Below are positions 61,568-64,000 of a stretch of DNA of 64,000 bases, piece after piece. Made by a program: the position numbers and the translations under genes. Position 1 is the first letter of the stretch. The number at the start of each line of letters is the position of its first letter. Below the pieces are notes generated by a model. That model saw only the letters and a program-made list of their open reading frames with translations, was not told the origin of the DNA and did not search any database. Source of the stretch: the human T2T-CHM13v2.0 reference genome, Homo sapiens; the NCBI RefSeq assembly GCF_009914755.1, contig NC_060934.1; one strand, given 5' to 3'.

Positions 61568-61780
61568 CGCCCCCGCGCGCCAGTCCTGCCGAGCTGGCCA
61601 GCCGGCCTGGCTCCCCTCCCTGGCCCCATGGGCGGGCGGACTGCCCAGAGGAGGAGAGGAGGGGGCTGAGCCGGCCGGCGGCGGGCAAGGATGCGGAACT
61701 TCTGCGCTGCCCTTAACTGCACGCGGAAGAGCACGCAGTCCGACCTGGCCTTCTTCAAGTTCCCGCGGGACCCGGCCAGA
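61568..61780 (+). promoter_or_regulatory. Small CpG-rich island from the THAP12 5'UTR/exon 1
   Basis: About 21 CpGs in ~213 bp by hand count, in a CpG-poor AT-rich background; GC-box-like GGGCGGGCGG at ~61630-61639. Activity unproven. Confidence 0.5.
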
Positions 61781-64000
61781 TGCCAGAAGTGGGTGGACAA
61801 TTGTAGGAGAGCAGATTTAGAAGATAAAACACCTGATCAGCTAAATAAACATTATCAATTATGTGCCACACATTTTGAGACCTCTATGATCTGTAGAACT
61901 ATACATTTTGCAGAGGCATCAGAAAACTAAACAATTGGTTTATTTTATTTCTCAAAACTAATTGAAGCAGATACTCGTGAAGTCATTGGGAGAGTCCTTA
62001 CAGGACAGTTCTTCGAGATAATGCAATACCAACAATATTTGATCTTACCAGTCATTTGAACAACACACAGAGTAGACACAGAAAACGAATAAAAGAACTG
62101 AGTGAAGATGAAATCAGGACACTGAAACAGAAAAAAAGTTGATGAAACTTCTGAACAGGAACAAAAACATAAAGAAACCAACAATAGCAATGCTCAGAAC
62201 CCCAGTGAAGAAGGGGGTGAAGGACAAGATGAGGACATCTTACCTCTAACCCTTGAAGAGAAGGAAAACAAAGAATAACTAAAATCTCCATTTGAAATCT
62301 TGATTCTGATGGGAAAGCAAAACATACCTCTGGATGGATATGAGGCTGATGAAATCCCAGAAGATCTCTTTACTCCAGATAACTTTCAAGCACTGCTGGA
62401 GTGTCGGCCCGGATAAATTCTGGTGAGGAGGTTCTCAGAAAGCAGTTTGAGACAACAGCAGTTAACACGTTGTTTTGTTCAAAAACACAGCAAAAACAGG
62501 TTCTAGAGATCTGTGAGAGCTGTATTCGAGAATAAACTCTCAGGGAAGTGAGAGACTCACACTTCTTTTCCATTATCACTGACAATGTAGTGGACATAGC
62601 AGGGGAAGAGCACCTACCTGTGTTGGTGAGGTTTGTTGATGAATCTCATAACCTGAGAGAGGAATTTGTAGGCTTCCTGCCTTATGAAGCTGATGCAGAA
62701 ATTTTGGCTGTGAAATTTCACACTGTGATCACTGAGAAGTGGGGATTAAATATGGAGTATTGTCGTGGCCAGGCTTACATTGTGTCTAGTGGATTCTCTT
62801 CAAAAATGAAAGTTGTTGCTTCTAGACTTTTAGAGAAATATCCCCAAGCTATTTACATGCTCTACTCTTCCTGTGCCATAAACATGTGGTTGGCAAAATC
62901 AGTACCTGTTACGGGAGTATCTGTTGCATTAGGAACAATTGAGGAAGTTTGTTCTTTTTTCTATCGATCACCACAACTGCTTTTAGAACTTGACAATGTA
63001 ATTTCTGTCCTTTTTCAGAACAGTAAAGAAAGGGGTAAAGAACTGAAGGAAATCTGCCATTCTCAGTGAACAGGCAGGCATGATGCTTTTGAATTCCAGC
63101 AAGCACTTGTTTTATGTTTAGAGAGTACAGTGACACAAATATTAGATGGAATAACTGTATAGCTGGCCGCGCCTTTGTACTCTGCAGTGCAGTAACAGAT
63201 TTTGATTTCATTGTTACTACTGTTGTTCTTAAAAATGTCCTTTTACAAGAGCCTTTGGGAAAAATCTCCAGGGTCAAATCTGATGTCTTCTTTGCAGCCG
63301 GTAGCTTGACTGCAGTACTGCATTCACTCAACGAAGTGATGGAAAATATTGAAGTTTATCATGAATTTTGGTTTGAGGAAGCCACAAATTTGGCAACCAA
63401 ACTTGATCTTCAAATGAAACTCCCTGGGAAATTCCGCAGTGCTCACCAGGGTAACTTGGAATCTCAGCTAACCTCTGAGAGTTACTATAAAGAAACCCTA
63501 AGTGTCCCAACAGCGGAGCACATTATTCAGGAACTTAAAGATATATTCTCAGAACAGCACCTCAAAGCTCTTAAATGCTTATCTCTGGTACCCGCAGTCA
63601 TGGGACAACTAAAATTTAATACCTAGGAGGAACATCATGCTGACATGTTGTAGAAGTGGCTTACCTAATCCCAACATGCTCTCAGCCGAGCTTCATTGTT
63701 GGAGAATCAAATGGAAACGCAGGGGGAAAGATACAGAGCTTCCATCCACCATCTGTGAAGCCCTCCATCTGCCTGACATCAAGTTTTTTCCTAATGTGTA
63801 TGCATTTGCTGAAGGTCCTGTGTATTCTTCCTGTGATGAAGGTTGAGAATGAGTGGTATGAAAATGGATGAAAGCATCTTAAAGCATATTTGAAGTACAC
63901 TTTGACAGACCAAAGATCAAGTAACTTGGCTTTGCTTAACATAAATTTTGATATAAAACATGACCTGGATTTAATGGTGGACACATATATTAAACTCTAT
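61568..64000 (+). pseudogene. THAP12P: THAP12 (PRKRIR/THAP0/P52rIPK) processed pseudogene, continues past the window end
   Basis: GC-rich 5'UTR, then ATG at 61691: MRNFCAALNCTRKSTQSDLAFFKFPRDPARCQKWV (THAP C2CH finger), RDSHFFSIITD..EEHLPVLVRFVD, LSAELHCWRIKWK..LPDIKFFPNVY (hAT dimerisation region). No introns; stops at 61928, 62276, 63067, 63624 and 63869 plus several frameshifts. Paralogue number cannot be determined here. Confidence 0.97.

Noticed and set aside
62131-62140. Extra G after the A7 run in the THAP12 copy as a second splice variant
   Set aside because: It lies near a recalled exon junction, but a 1-nt gain beside a homopolymer is more simply slippage plus substitution.
62548-63626. 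173-aa and 170-aa ORFs as a live hAT-like transposase or DNA transposon
   Set aside because: They are pieces of a THAP12 mRNA retrocopy with a 5'UTR, many nonsense and frameshift lesions, and no terminal inverted repeat at the left end.

Overview
AT-rich primate (very probably human or hominoid) genomic DNA, mostly interspersed repeats. I find no intact protein-coding gene, RNA gene or CRISPR array. Main contents: (i) a full-length L1PA3-type LINE-1 (10782-16920, minus) with a 14-bp target-site duplication (TSD) and disrupted ORF1/ORF2; (ii) an L1PA7/8-type LINE-1 (20990-26267, minus) that keeps its 5'UTR but lacks its 3' ~1.2 kb; (iii) a young L1PA2-type 3' fragment nested without a TSD inside an old L1PA15/16-type element (53884-57912); (iv) an RPL31 processed pseudogene (minus); (v) a THAP12/PRKRIR processed pseudogene (plus) running off the window end; (vi) about a dozen Alus, several solo LTRs (THE1B, LTR37-like, MLT1, MST), MIR/L2 relics and microsatellites. 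The most interesting points are a 92-nt stop-containing segment in the THAP12 retrocopy at what I recall as the parent exon 2/3 junction (a possible fossil poison exon), a CpG-dense 5' end on that retrocopy, and an L1 antisense ORF0 that stays open for 159 codons into flanking DNA. I see no convincing wholly new biological system. Subfamily calls and parent-gene comparisons come from my recall of consensus sequences and need RepeatMasker/BLAT confirmation.
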